A stretch of DNA of 64,000 nt, from the NCBI GenBank assembly GCA_964568885.1, contig CAZMSF010000001.1:5217-69216 (forward strand). The letters run 5' to 3'. Numbering within the stretch: the stretch's first letter is position 1; each line of letters starts with the position of its first letter. This document shows positions 1 to 9,730 of the stretch, piece by piece. The notes under the pieces were generated by a model. It had not been told where the DNA came from, did not search any database, and saw only the letters and a list, made by a program, of their open reading frames with translations. Origin of the DNA: an uncultured Gammaproteobacteria bacterium (lineage in GTDB: Bacteria > Patescibacteriota > Microgenomatia > Levybacterales > GWA1-39-11). Both the position numbers and the translations under genes were made by a program.

Positions 1-3
1 CAA

Positions 4-696
4 ATGGCTGATGCATATGCTACCTTTGCAAATCTGGGGAAAAGGCCCGAACCTATTATGATTCTTGAGGTAAAAGATAAATTTGATAACGTAAAATTCA
101 CGTACGAACCGGTACTGCATGAGGTAATTTCACCCGAAGCGTCGTACTTGGTCACTTCAATACTTTCCGATGAAAATGCACGCAGAGAAGAATTCGGGAA
201 CTTGCTTTCTACCCCTTTTAAGGCTGCCGTTAAGACAGGGACCACCGAAAATTACAGAGACGCATGGACCATTGGATACACTCCGAAAATCGTAACGGCT
301 GTATGGGTAGGCAACAACGACGCGCGGCCAATTTATAACCTTCCAGGAGCACTGGCAGCAGCACCTATTTGGAGAGCGTTAATGGAAAAATTTGTTTCCA
401 GCTCGTTTAGAGGTTTTATAAAACCGGATGGCATTGTGCAGGCACCTTATTGCGATAGCACGAGCTCCGGCTCGGCGAAGATGGAGGTCTTTATGCAAGG
501 GACTGAGCCTCAAGGTGATTGCAGCAGGTTTACGCGAAGCAAAAATCGTCTCACCGGTTTATTTAAAGAAGACGTGAGACACGAAGGCATAGAGGAGACG
601 CCAACACCCACCCCACAGGAGTCGCCGACTCCCACACCGGGTCAAGAAGCACTTACCCCTACTCCCCCCAAGCCTCATGCTGATGATTCCGATTAG
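4..696 (+). CDS. Penicillin-binding protein 1A, C-terminal transpeptidase fragment (5' end outside window); ends in a P/T-rich linker
   Basis: KTGTT motif and conserved transpeptidase C-terminal region (AYATFANLG...WTIGYTP); ORF is open to the window edge. Confidence 0.8.
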   Translation: MADAYATFANLGKRPEPIMILEVKDKFDNVKFTYEPVLHEVISPEASYLVTSILSDENARREEFGNLLSTPFKAAVKTGTTENYRDAWTIGYTPKIVTAVWVGNNDARPIYNLPGALAAAPIWRALMEKFVSSSFRGFIKPDGIVQAPYCDSTSSGSAKMEVFMQGTEPQGDCSRFTRSKNRLTGLFKEDVRHEGIEETPTPTPQESPTPTPGQEALTPTPPKPHADDSD

Positions 697-710
697 AATC
701 TTTACAAAAA

Positions 711-1304
711 GTGTATACTTTAATTGTGAACACAAAAGAAAAAATCATAAGTTTTGAGAAGAAAGGAAAAGCAAGCTCAATAACGGTAACGCATATTACC
801 GTCAGACAAAGTATTTTTTTCCTCGTCTTAAAGCTCCTTTTTTTAGAAGCGGTAGCGGCGGGTTCAATTATTGCTTTCCACCTGGCTCTTTCAAACTATG
901 CAACGATGTATTCATTGAATATTTCCTTTTTTAATATTCCGATTTTTGTTGTGCTTGTATTATTGAAGACAGTCTTTATGATTTATGTTATTGTCAATTG
1001 GCTTGAGGAATATTACGAAATCACGCCGATGGAGGTTATCCACCGGAAAGGTTTTCTATTCAGGAAGGAAGAGCGTTATATTCTTGACCATGTGGGTTCG
1101 ATAACACTTGAGCAAGGTCTTTTAGGAAGAATTTTTAATTTCGGCTCGCTTAAACTTTTTGATTGGGCACTTGAAGAGAATATCCATATTTATCTTATTC
1201 ATAGCCCTCTCAAATATCATCACATTCTGGAAACGCTCGTCCCCGAAGCTGACCGCGAGAAAAATGTTTTCCGCGAAAGGGTAATAGACGAAGAAGAAAT
1301 TTGA
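711..1304 (+). CDS. Bacterial PH-domain (bPH_2, YdbS/YdbT-like) membrane protein
   Basis: N-terminal TM helices, then EITPMEVIHRKGFLF...LGRIFNFGSLKLF, typical of bPH_2. Confidence 0.6.
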   Translation: MYTLIVNTKEKIISFEKKGKASSITVTHITVRQSIFFLVLKLLFLEAVAAGSIIAFHLALSNYATMYSLNISFFNIPIFVVLVLLKTVFMIYVIVNWLEEYYEITPMEVIHRKGFLFRKEERYILDHVGSITLEQGLLGRIFNFGSLKLFDWALEENIHIYLIHSPLKYHHILETLVPEADREKNVFRERVIDEEEI

Positions 1305-1316
1305 AGCGGATGCTTC

Positions 1317-1922
1317 CTATCTCGCTACAACAGACTCGGTTTTGACGCTCCCAGCGCGTTTATATGCGGCAAAAATTATTCCATTAGGAGATATTTTAGA
1401 GTCAAAAAGAGTGAAAGCAAAAGGCATCGTACCCTCCTCAAACAGCCGCTTTCCAGTACCCAGAGTGATGGGGAATATTTTGAGCCAAAACTCGTCAACC
1501 AAATCGGCCTTCATCAGGCCCTGAACAAGCTTTGCGCTGCCATACACCTGCAAATCGGGCCCGTTTGAATTCTTTAATTCCCTTACTGCATCAATATCTT
1601 TTAGTACCACAGTATTTTCCCACCTGGGTTCTCTCAACGTTGTTGAGACAACGTATTTGGTAATTTCGTTCACTTGCGGCCAACTTTCGGTATGGGTCGG
1701 CCAATAATTCACCCAGATGTCATAGGTTGTGCGTCCAAGCAGCAATCCCTTTGTGTTCTTCATTTGTCTCTCCATCTCTTGGCCGGCTACCTCATCTTTC
1801 CCAAAGTATGGACCCATCCAGCCACCATATTCGAAACCCAAAGCTTCATCCTCCTTTGATTCCCCCGGCGCCTGAATAACTCCATCAAGAGTCATAAATT
1901 CAAGTACAAATATCTTTCTCAT
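1317..1922 (-). CDS. Dihydrofolate reductase family protein (RibD C-terminal-like, YwjB type)
   Basis: MRKIFVLEFMTLDGVIQAPGE...GGW...GRTTY signature of the RibD_C/DHFR-like family. Confidence 0.65.
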   Translation of the reverse strand: MRKIFVLEFMTLDGVIQAPGESKEDEALGFEYGGWMGPYFGKDEVAGQEMERQMKNTKGLLLGRTTYDIWVNYWPTHTESWPQVNEITKYVVSTTLREPRWENTVVLKDIDAVRELKNSNGPDLQVYGSAKLVQGLMKADLVDEFWLKIFPITLGTGKRLFEEGTMPFAFTLFDSKISPNGIIFAAYKRAGSVKTESVVAR

Positions 1923-1979
1923 ACAGTTAACTGCATACCAATCATAGCAGGGCTGCCATAAAAATGTAAATTATAGTTT

Positions 1980-2056
1980 CCGCTGGGACGCTTGGATTCG
2001 AACCAAAATAAACAGATCCAAAGTCTGTTGTCCTACCATTAGACGACATCCCAGCG
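1980..2056 (-). tRNA. tRNA-Gln?: tRNA-like gene with a Gln(TTG) anticodon arm; T-arm/acceptor junction is non-canonical (2-3 extra nt), so possible pseudogene or unusual tRNA
   Basis: Minus-strand GGTTCGAATCC T-loop, 7-bp acceptor CGCTGGG/CCCAGCG, D-loop AATGG, anticodon stem ACAGA/TCTGT with loop CTTTGGA. Confidence 0.4.
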
Positions 2057-2082
2057 CAAACTACAATCTTTTTTTGCCCTAG

Positions 2083-2177
2083 TCTGCGAAGCAGACCAAG
2101 CTTTGCTTACCGTTAGACGAACCGACAATATTTTCTCGATAGGTCTAACGGCGAACTCATTAGACGAACCGACAATA
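2083..2177. repeat. Hairpin-rich region upstream of the tRNA: GTCTGCGAAGCAGAC hairpin, palindromic element CAAGCTTTGCTTAC, and two copies of TTAGACGAACCGACAATA that resemble the tRNA D-arm region
   Basis: Direct repeats at 2113-2130 and 2160-2177; inverted repeat CCGTTAGAC/GTCTAACGG; element core shared with five other loci. Confidence 0.5.
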
Positions 2178-2379
2178 AAGTGTTCCAATTATACCTTAAA
2201 TTAACTCCCAGCTTCAACCGATAGCATTCCTTTTCGGAAAAAAATGTTCTATATTGTAATAAGGGCAGAAGACCTAATCCGTAAGTTTTTTTTGAAAATA
2301 AGCAGAATTTCTGCCTAAATGGTTAAAATCTTGACTTCTCTCTTTCATGATTTTTTTAATTATTTGCCTATAATAGAAT

Positions 2380-3348
2380 ATGAAAAAAGTATATTATTAC
2401 AAAGGGCCAACTCCAAGAAAAAGCAACCATAGACTGGCCGCAATCCCTCTTTTTTTTATAGTTCTTATCCTTCTTCTGACGAGCGCAGGAGTATTCTATT
2501 TTCATTCTTCAAAAAAGGAAGCCGTACTGGCCGTTGAAACACAGGCAAAACCCGAAGCGGTACCGGTACCGACCATTTACAACGATGTTCTCAAGCAGAG
2601 CGTAGATAATGCGCTACGTGGAACAACCGGCAGCTATGGAATTGTAGTTAAAAATCTTGATACCGCCGAGCACTATGAGTTCAATGAACATGTGGTGTAT
2701 GACACTGCAAGCCTCTATAAATTGTGGGTAATGGCGGTCGTCTTTGAACAAGTAAAAAGTGGAAAGCTCAAGGAAGACACGGTACTCAGCCAGGACGTAA
2801 GCGTTCTTAATAAGAAATTCAATATTGCGAGTGATTCTGCCGGTCTTACCGAGGGTTCCGTTACCCTTACGGTGAAAGACGCGCTTTACAAAATGATAAC
2901 GATATCCGACAACTATGCAGCAATGCTTTTGACCCAAAAGGTTGGACTTTCCACCATAACTTCTTACCTTTCAAGGAATGGATTCTATGAAACAAAAATG
3001 GGAGCAACGGTAAATCTTCCGACCACTACTCCTCACGATGTCGCTTTGTTTTTTGAAAAATTGTATGGAAATAAACTGGGAGATAAAACTTCAACAGACA
3101 AAATGTTGGAGCTTTTGAAAGACCAGAAGCTCAACAACAAGATTCCAAGATATCTGCCGGATGACATCGTCATTGCTCATAAAACCGGGGAATTGGACGA
3201 ATATACCCACGACGCTGGGCTTATACTTGATGCACGGGGAAATTATCTCATCGTCATTATGTCAAAGAGTGAAAAACCCGACTTGGCGGCTAACCGCATT
3301 GCAGACATTTCAAAAGCAATCTACTCGCACTACATAGACAAAAAGTAG
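2380..3348 (+). CDS. Serine hydrolase, class A beta-lactamase-like / PBP superfamily, membrane-anchored
   Basis: SxxK (SLYK), SDN and KTG motifs in canonical order; N-terminal TM. Confidence 0.7.
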   Translation: MKKVYYYKGPTPRKSNHRLAAIPLFFIVLILLLTSAGVFYFHSSKKEAVLAVETQAKPEAVPVPTIYNDVLKQSVDNALRGTTGSYGIVVKNLDTAEHYEFNEHVVYDTASLYKLWVMAVVFEQVKSGKLKEDTVLSQDVSVLNKKFNIASDSAGLTEGSVTLTVKDALYKMITISDNYAAMLLTQKVGLSTITSYLSRNGFYETKMGATVNLPTTTPHDVALFFEKLYGNKLGDKTSTDKMLELLKDQKLNNKIPRYLPDDIVIAHKTGELDEYTHDAGLILDARGNYLIVIMSKSEKPDLAANRIADISKAIYSHYIDKK

Positions 3349-3975
3349 TTACTGGAACAGTAATTCGTTAAACCGGAATGTTGTAACCGCATGCTGAAAT
3401 ATTTTGGAGTCATTCACGCTTAATGTCCCGTCTTTTGTGTCAAGGGACAGCTCATATACCCAGTCTTCATGATCGAATGCAACGGTATTTAAGGAAATTA
3501 CTCCTTTGTATTTTCCTAATTGTACGCCCTGCAACTCTTTCGATTTTCCTACGCTTGCAAGTCTTGAGGTAAAGTCTTTGTAATAGTCAGGGTCCGATTT
3601 TTGATTGAAGAGGCGAATTGAATAGAAGCCGTTTCGAAAATAGGTGCATGTTTTACAGGGTAGGTCGGCCGGAGAAAAGGCGATGATAAGCCCTCCATTG
3701 GGTGATGCTTGAGGATATTCCTGTTCGTGCCAGTCTGCGGGCACTTCAAGAGAAAAATTATATATGGCATTGCTATATGTGCGCCACGTATCTACCTGAG
3801 GCTCTTTGAAAGGCCCCGGCTGTTCACTGCCGCCCGGCTTGTTGAGACTGAAAGTCGATTCGGGCTTGATGTTTTCCTGCTGGTGAAGGATAAGAGCACC
3901 AATGAAGATAAGAACGACTCCGATTATGATTGCGGTAAATATCCATGCTCCCGAAATTTTTGGTTCACTATCCAT
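3349..3975 (-). CDS. Hypothetical membrane-anchored extracytoplasmic protein
   Basis: Long ORF with N-terminal TM (WIFTAIIIGVVLIFIGALIL); no recognisable catalytic motif; start chosen at an internal Met. Confidence 0.4.
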   Translation of the reverse strand: MDSEPKISGAWIFTAIIIGVVLIFIGALILHQQENIKPESTFSLNKPGGSEQPGPFKEPQVDTWRTYSNAIYNFSLEVPADWHEQEYPQASPNGGLIIAFSPADLPCKTCTYFRNGFYSIRLFNQKSDPDYYKDFTSRLASVGKSKELQGVQLGKYKGVISLNTVAFDHEDWVYELSLDTKDGTLSVNDSKIFQHAVTTFRFNELLFQ

Positions 3976-4114
3976 AGAGGCGCATTCATTGTACACCAGT
4001 AATGCAAAATTTCTTTACGAGGGGAAAAAATTCGTTCTTTTGCACATTTCTTACACGCAGTGAAGAAACATGTGCTTACACGTTTCTTATAAACATGTGC
4101 TATTATATTTTGGT

Positions 4115-4613
4115 GAAGAAAAATCGGCAGGTTTTTCTGTTTGTTGTTTTGTTTTTAATTCTTGCCCAAAACCAAGCCACAGCTGCAGAAACAACCTCGG
4201 TTAACATTTCAAATAATGGAAACGGCGCGAGCTCAAGCGTTGAAGTGCACAATAATATAAACTCCTATACTTCGACAAGCACAAATTCTACTTCCAAAAC
4301 TAACATCCGAATAGAGACAAATGGAAAAGTTAAGACATATGAATCGGAAAATGGCGGCAGTGTTCATCTGGAGTCTGACGATGGAACCGCAAAAGTCGAC
4401 ATCAACAATAATAATGTTAAAGGCACATCAACAACAAACGGTGTGACCCCGACAGTGACAACAGACTCAAATTCCGCTACTGTGGAGGCAGGGCGCAAAA
4501 TAGAGATTGCAAAGCAGAAAGCAAAAGAGATGAAAGAAAAGCAAAAAGGATTTTTCGCAAGACTGGAGCAGTATTTTAAGGAGTTGTTCTCAAAATTCCC
4601 TTTCAAATTTTAA
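4115..4613 (+). CDS. Secreted S/T/N-rich low-complexity hypothetical protein; probable GTG start with signal peptide
   Basis: VKKNRQVFLFVVLFLILAQNQATA signal-like N-terminus; ORF track extends upstream to 4002 without an RBS. Confidence 0.4.
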
Positions 4614-5788
4614 TCCTTTTTTTGAATGACGTAGACAAACCCTGCCTTATCGTCCGACACGTAAAGGTTACCCCTTTTATCAAAAGTCATATCCACAGGT
4701 CTACCCAAGCTGTCGTCTTTTTGAGTGCCCGGATTAAAGCCCGTCAAAAAATCATCACTTCCAACAATTGTGTTTCCTTTTACTTTTAGGTGGACAATTT
4801 TGTATCCTATTGCTTGTGACCTGTTCCACGACCCATGGTATGAAACGAGCAAATCACCCTGCCAATCAGCGGGAAATTGAGAAGAGTTGATAAATGTAAG
4901 TCCTAATGGAGCCGAATGCGCAGGTATTTCAAAAATGGGTGCTACGGTATCCTTGCAGTCCGCTTTTTTTGTAAACAACAAGTCGGGTGTTTTATTACCG
5001 TAACAATTCGGCCATCCATAGTCCTTGTTGCCTTCCAATATGTTAATTTCATCGGGAGGCGTATTGTCTCCCAGATAGTCTCTCCCCATCTCTGTAGACC
5101 ATATTTGTCCGGTTGAGGGATTGATCGCCAAAAAGGCAGCATTTCGAAGGCCACGGGTCCACAAGTGTGCAGTATCGCCTTTTATATCTGAAATAAAAAC
5201 GGACCCTCCCTTTTCAGCCGGTTCAGTACAGACGTTGCAGGTAGAACCGAGGCTGACATATATGGTGCCGTTCTCGTCAATCACAATGCTTCTATTATTG
5301 TGGTCGGAGTTATTTGGCAAACGGAACAATTGGTTTTTAAATATTGCCTCTTTTCTCTCTTCGTCCCAAAAATATGATGCCACACGGTTAACCTCCGCGA
5401 CAAAAAGACGGCCGTCAAAAAATGCCAAACCATGGACCTTATTTCCCCCAGAGATGATTATCTTATTCTCATCTGCAACTCCGTTACCGTCTTTATCGGG
5501 CAGCGCGGTAACCGTGTTTTCAACAGGATTGGAAACAAGAAGAGTTCCGCCGGGGCTAAATTGTAAATCCCGCGGGTTGCCGAGGCCTTTGGCAAATACA
5601 TGAATTGAATATTCTGAGGGAAGAGCAAAGGGAATTGACGGTATCTCCCCAGCCGATTCTTTTTCTTTTTGAGGAGAATTTGTTTTAGAGGTAAGTTCTT
5701 TTAACGGTTCTTTCTTAAGCAGCCTGCCAAACAGCAAAAGTATTGCTATCAATCCGACCAGCAAAACTGCAATCACAAACCTTTTCAT
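4610..5788 (-). CDS. PQQ-dependent soluble sugar (aldose/sorbosone) dehydrogenase-like beta-propeller protein, N-terminally anchored
   Basis: GSDH-family blocks (GLRNAAFLAINPSTGQIW..., NILEGNKDYGWP). Confidence 0.65.
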   Translation of the reverse strand: MKRFVIAVLLVGLIAILLLFGRLLKKEPLKELTSKTNSPQKEKESAGEIPSIPFALPSEYSIHVFAKGLGNPRDLQFSPGGTLLVSNPVENTVTALPDKDGNGVADENKIIISGGNKVHGLAFFDGRLFVAEVNRVASYFWDEERKEAIFKNQLFRLPNNSDHNNRSIVIDENGTIYVSLGSTCNVCTEPAEKGGSVFISDIKGDTAHLWTRGLRNAAFLAINPSTGQIWSTEMGRDYLGDNTPPDEINILEGNKDYGWPNCYGNKTPDLLFTKKADCKDTVAPIFEIPAHSAPLGLTFINSSQFPADWQGDLLVSYHGSWNRSQAIGYKIVHLKVKGNTIVGSDDFLTGFNPGTQKDDSLGRPVDMTFDKRGNLYVSDDKAGFVYVIQKKD

Positions 5789-5791
5789 TTC

Positions 5792-6175
5792 TTACTCGTG
5801 AAGTACATGCGGCAATTCCTTCTCTATTGGCACAAACCGGATAGATAATGAATTAACACAATGCCTGGTGTTCTTTTCGGTAAGCTGCTCTCCCTCAAAT
5901 ACATGCCCCAAATGAGCACTACAATTTGCGCACTGTATTTCGGTTCTTTCTCCGTCTTCGTCGGGAATTCTTTTTACCGCTCCCGGATAGTTTTCATCAA
6001 ATGAAGGCCACCCACAGCCGGCATCAAACTTGCTTTTTGATGTAAAAAGCGGAGCGTTGCACCTTCTGCATATAAATGTTCCGTCCTTGAAAAAATCATC
6101 ATACTCCCCACTAAAAGCAATTTCGGTTCCCTTATGTGCAATCACATCCTCTTCTTCGGGCGTCAGTGCATTCAT
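5792..6175 (-). CDS. msrB: Peptide-methionine (R)-S-oxide reductase MsrB
   Basis: Two CxxC pairs (CRRC...CANC) and the GHVFEG catalytic region, typical SelR/MsrB. Confidence 0.85.
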   Translation of the reverse strand: MNALTPEEEDVIAHKGTEIAFSGEYDDFFKDGTFICRRCNAPLFTSKSKFDAGCGWPSFDENYPGAVKRIPDEDGERTEIQCANCSAHLGHVFEGEQLTEKNTRHCVNSLSIRFVPIEKELPHVLHE

Positions 6176-6212
6176 TCTTTTATTGTACCCGTATCGTGTT
6201 CCAAAGAAAAGT

Positions 6213-6500
6213 CTAGAGCGATCTTAAGATCTTCTCATCGCTTTTGACGGCCGGTTCTTTTATGTCGTTTGAGATCTGTTGCGACTGTTTCTCCACTTCC
6301 TTTCGCGTCTCTTTCAGCTCCTCTCCCGCCTTTGATAACACATCTGCCGCCTGCTTTTTAAATGTTCTTATTGAGTGAACTACCTTTCGCCTATTATTTC
6401 TGTCGGTAAGCGCCAGGGCTGCTGCCGTCAATCCTGCTCCTAAGAGAGCTCCCGCCAAACCAACTGTTGCAACAACATTTACTCTTTTTTCTTCCTGCAT
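6213..6500 (-). CDS. YtxH-domain (DUF948) general-stress-type protein
   Basis: Gly/Ala-rich TM segment followed by an amphipathic K/E-rich helix, typical YtxH. Confidence 0.55.
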   Translation of the reverse strand: MQEEKRVNVVATVGLAGALLGAGLTAAALALTDRNNRRKVVHSIRTFKKQAADVLSKAGEELKETRKEVEKQSQQISNDIKEPAVKSDEKILRSL

Positions 6501-6591
6501 TTATCTTCACCTCCTTTCATCTAAACATTGTAATGCCAATAGCTATTCATACGCGTGTGAAAAAAGAAAGAATTGTAAAAGACATTGTATA

Positions 6592-7728
6592 ATGTGTACT
6601 GAGATGAAAAAAATTCTGCTTGTGATAGTGGCTCTTTCTATCCTTTTTTTCCATTGCACGGCGGACCTTTTTGCACAACAAAATACGCCGCCTGCAACGG
6701 GCCAAAATTCTGTTGAAGCAGTGGTCACGAACGTAATCGAAAACAGTGAAATTATTGAAAATACCGGCAACAAACACCCCTACCAAAAGCTTGAGCTATT
6801 GGGTTTGAGCGGTAAATATAAAGGAAAGAAGGTGGTAATTGAAAACGGTAAATACGACCAAAGTGGAGTCATTACATATAGTACCGGGGACACTATTGTT
6901 GTGGCTGTCGAGAAAAATGACAAGGGGCAGGACATGCTGACTATCACAGATTACGTAAGGCGCACTCCGCTGCTTCTGCTTTTCTCCATTTTTGCGATTT
7001 TGGCAATTGTAATAGGAGGAAGACGAGGGGCAAGCTCTTTAATTGGTATGGGAGTCACATTCGGTATATTATTTCTTTTCGTTCTTCCGCAGGTATCAAA
7101 AGGGGTAAGTCCCATTTTGGTTGTCGTTGCCGCATCATCCCTTATAATTCCTATAACTTTTTTCCTCTCACATGGCATAAACAAAAAAACGGCATGCGCA
7201 ATAATCGGTACTCTTATTGCGCTTTTTATCACCGGGCTGCTTTCGGCATATTTCGTGAACGCAGCTCACTTGAGCGGTTTTGCGTCAGAGGAAGCATCGT
7301 ACTTGAATATTATCAAAAAGGGCTCAATTGATATAAAAGGGTTACTCTTGGGCGGCATAATTATCGGTCTTCTCGGTGTTCTTCAAGATATTACCGTTTC
7401 TCAGGCTGCTATTGTTTATCAATTAAAAAGCGCGAACCGTTCGATAAAGCTATATGAATTATTCAAAAGAGCAATGGATGTAGGCCGCGACCATATCGCA
7501 TCTATGGTGAACACATTGATTTTAGTCTATGCCGGAGCTTCCCTTCCCCTACTTCTCCTATTCATAAATAATCCCCTCCCATTCTCGTCGGTCGTCAATT
7601 TTGAAATAATTGCCGAAGAGGTGGTCCGAACCCTTGTTTCAAGCATCGGGCTCATTCTTGCGGTGCCCATAACAACCGCTCTTACCGCTCTTTTTGTTGA
7701 GGTAACCTATAAATCTAAAGAAAAGTGA
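6592..7728 (+). CDS. YibE/F-family polytopic membrane protein
   Basis: Signal/TM, roughly 110-aa extracytoplasmic segment, then 7-8 TM helices with Gly-rich GRRGASSLIGMG. Confidence 0.5.
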   Translation: MCTEMKKILLVIVALSILFFHCTADLFAQQNTPPATGQNSVEAVVTNVIENSEIIENTGNKHPYQKLELLGLSGKYKGKKVVIENGKYDQSGVITYSTGDTIVVAVEKNDKGQDMLTITDYVRRTPLLLLFSIFAILAIVIGGRRGASSLIGMGVTFGILFLFVLPQVSKGVSPILVVVAASSLIIPITFFLSHGINKKTACAIIGTLIALFITGLLSAYFVNAAHLSGFASEEASYLNIIKKGSIDIKGLLLGGIIIGLLGVLQDITVSQAAIVYQLKSANRSIKLYELFKRAMDVGRDHIASMVNTLILVYAGASLPLLLLFINNPLPFSSVVNFEIIAEEVVRTLVSSIGLILAVPITTALTALFVEVTYKSKEK

Positions 7729-7993
7729 GAGTAATTTTTTCACCTATTTTGAGTTTGATTTTTTCAATTGTTCCCCCAGGCAACTCTATTACCCGGTAAT
7801 ATTTCGGATTCCATACAAAAACACGGTTAGGCAACAGTGCTCTTTTTAAAAGACAAACGGTATTATGCTCGTCAAGGATAACAATGTCTATCGGAAATCT
7901 GACGAAAAATGTGTGTATTCCCCACCTGGTTGTAAAGAAAACGGCTTGAGGACTCTTTCTTCCCATAAGACCAAGCGATGCCTCCCATGCCAT
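7715..7993 (-). CDS. DUF192 (COG1430) protein
   Basis: GLMGRK...IHTFFVRFPIDIVILD DUF192 signature. Start set at MAWE because it has an SD (GAAGGTGAGG); the longer 7715-8197 ORF overlaps obg and has a Pro-rich N-terminus that looks artefactual. Confidence 0.6.
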   Translation of the reverse strand: MAWEASLGLMGRKSPQAVFFTTRWGIHTFFVRFPIDIVILDEHNTVCLLKRALLPNRVFVWNPKYYRVIELPGGTIEKIKLKIGEKITLTFL

Positions 7994-8054
7994 CAACAAC
8001 CTCACCTTCAATTCCTTCATCCAAAAAGTGTAGCACATAGGGTACAATACGGAT

Positions 8055-9014
8055 ATGAGTCTTATAGATGATGTAAAAATTACCGTTAAAGCCGGTGACG
8101 GAGGGAATGGCGCATCTGCAAAAAAACAAGTTTTCGGAAGCAAAAAAACCGTTCCGGACGGCGGAAACGGCGGGAACGGAGGAAATATATATTTCAAAGG
8201 GTCAGCAAACGTCTCTGATTTATCCGAGTTTCAGTTCAAAAAAACCATAAAGGGAGAAAATGGTGTAAGCGGTCAGCACAAGGATTTGGACGGTGCAAAC
8301 GGGAATGATGTATATGTTTTGGTTCCTTTTGGTACTACAGTTAAAGACGAGGAAACGGGCGAATGGACCGAAATACTAACAGAGGAACCTTTCTGTGTTG
8401 CATATGGAGGTCACGGCGGAATGGGTAATCATGACTATCAGCCGGATTTAAAAAAAATGGTAGCAAGAAAAGCCGATGGAGAGCGGGGAGAGGAAAGAAA
8501 GCTTCACCTCGTTCTCAATCTTATTGCCGACGTCGGACTCGTAGGTCTTCCTAACGCCGGAAAAAGTTCGTTGCTGAAAAAGCTTACCAAAGCAACTCCT
8601 AAAGTTGGAAACTATCCGTTCACCACCTTGGAGCCAAATCTTGGCGCGCTTGACAATATAATTATTGCAGATATACCCGGGCTCATCGCAGGTGCTTCGG
8701 GGGGGAAAGGGCTGGGTCTGACTTTTCTCAAGCATATAAAAAAAACAAAAGTTCTGTTCCATTGTATCTCCTGTGAGGAGAAAGATGTGCTTAAAGCATA
8801 TGAGACAGTAAGAAAGGAATTTGAAGAGTTCGACAAAACACTTCTTACAAAAAAAGAAATAATTCTTCTTACTAAAAAAGACTTGGCTGACGAAAAAATT
8901 CGTCAAGAAAACAAAGAGCTATTTGAGAAAAAAGGATTGAGCGTTTTAGAGGTCTCGGTTTACGATGACAATAGCATAAAAGATCTTAAAGAAAAAATTA
9001 TTTCTTCCCTTTAA
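8055..9014 (+). CDS. obg: GTPase Obg (short form lacking C-terminal domain)
   Basis: Gly-rich Obg fold (GGNGGNGGN) followed by G1 GLPNAGKSSLL and YPFTTLEPNLG. Confidence 0.85.
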   Translation: MSLIDDVKITVKAGDGGNGASAKKQVFGSKKTVPDGGNGGNGGNIYFKGSANVSDLSEFQFKKTIKGENGVSGQHKDLDGANGNDVYVLVPFGTTVKDEETGEWTEILTEEPFCVAYGGHGGMGNHDYQPDLKKMVARKADGERGEERKLHLVLNLIADVGLVGLPNAGKSSLLKKLTKATPKVGNYPFTTLEPNLGALDNIIIADIPGLIAGASGGKGLGLTFLKHIKKTKVLFHCISCEEKDVLKAYETVRKEFEEFDKTLLTKKEIILLTKKDLADEKIRQENKELFEKKGLSVLEVSVYDDNSIKDLKEKIISSL

Positions 9015-9055
9015 CTTTCAGCGATAATTCAGTTTTCATTTGGTACAATACCGCT

Positions 9056-9730
9056 ATGCGCGTGCTACTGGTAGAAGACGAGCACAAAATTGCAAATTCG
9101 ATAAAAAAAGGGCTCGAACAAGAGTCTTTTGCAGTTGATGTTACATACGAGGGGACAAGCGGTTACGACTATGCGGTAAGTGAGGAATACGATGCGATAA
9201 TTCTTGACCGGCTTCTACCGGGCATAGACGGCATAGAAATCTGTAAAAAACTGCGGGAAAACAACATCCATACCCCCATACTAATGCTGACGGCTTTTGG
9301 GGAAGTTCATGACCGCGTTGAAGGGCTCAATAGCGGAGCCGACGACTATCTCCCAAAGCCATTTGCTTTCACAGAACTCCTCGCCCGTCTCCGGGCACTC
9401 ACGAGAAGACCCCATTCATCCTTGACTACTCAGTTAAAAGTTGACGGTCTCACATTGGACAGCGTTACATTTGATGTGAAACGGGATGGAATTACAATTT
9501 CTCTTTCAAACAAGGAATTTTCATTACTTGAGTACCTCATAAGACATAAGGGGACAATCATCAAGAAGGAACAAATCATCAATCATGTGTGGAATTATGA
9601 TTCGGATGTTCTCCCTAACTCTGTCGAGGTATATATTACCCATCTTCGGAACAAAATCGACAAACCTTTTAGAAACAAAAAGGCACTTATTACGACAGTG
9701 AGAGGTTTTGGGTATAAAATATCGGACTAA
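9056..9730 (+). CDS. OmpR-family response regulator
   Basis: REC domain (LLVEDE...D...LP) plus winged-helix C-terminus (RGFGYKI). Confidence 0.85.
   Translation: MRVLLVEDEHKIANSIKKGLEQESFAVDVTYEGTSGYDYAVSEEYDAIILDRLLPGIDGIEICKKLRENNIHTPILMLTAFGEVHDRVEGLNSGADDYLPKPFAFTELLARLRALTRRPHSSLTTQLKVDGLTLDSVTFDVKRDGITISLSNKEFSLLEYLIRHKGTIIKKEQIINHVWNYDSDVLPNSVEVYITHLRNKIDKPFRNKKALITTVRGFGYKISD

Noticed and set aside
2614-2937. Many 60-180 aa ORFs in the six-frame track lying antisense to or nested in larger conserved genes (e.g., 2614-2937, 10073-10370, 16847-17331, 21390-21756, 42043-42775, 43197-43751, 59445-59945, 62758-63636)
   Set aside because: They overlap genes with clear family signatures on the other strand or frame, lack RBS and show low-complexity or stop-poor artefactual composition. 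Treated as spurious.
4002-4613. ATG at 4002 as the start of the secreted S/T/N-rich protein
   Set aside because: The upstream part (MQNFFTRGKNSFFCTFL...) has no signal peptide and contains the likely promoter (TTGTAAAATAG-like, AT-rich). The GTG at 4115 gives a canonical signal peptide.
7715-8197. Long 160-aa form of the DUF192 gene with a PPFPPFPP N-terminus
   Set aside because: The extension overlaps the obg start on the opposite strand, has no RBS and is compositionally odd. The internal Met with a GAAGGTGAGG SD gives a typical about 92-aa DUF192 protein.
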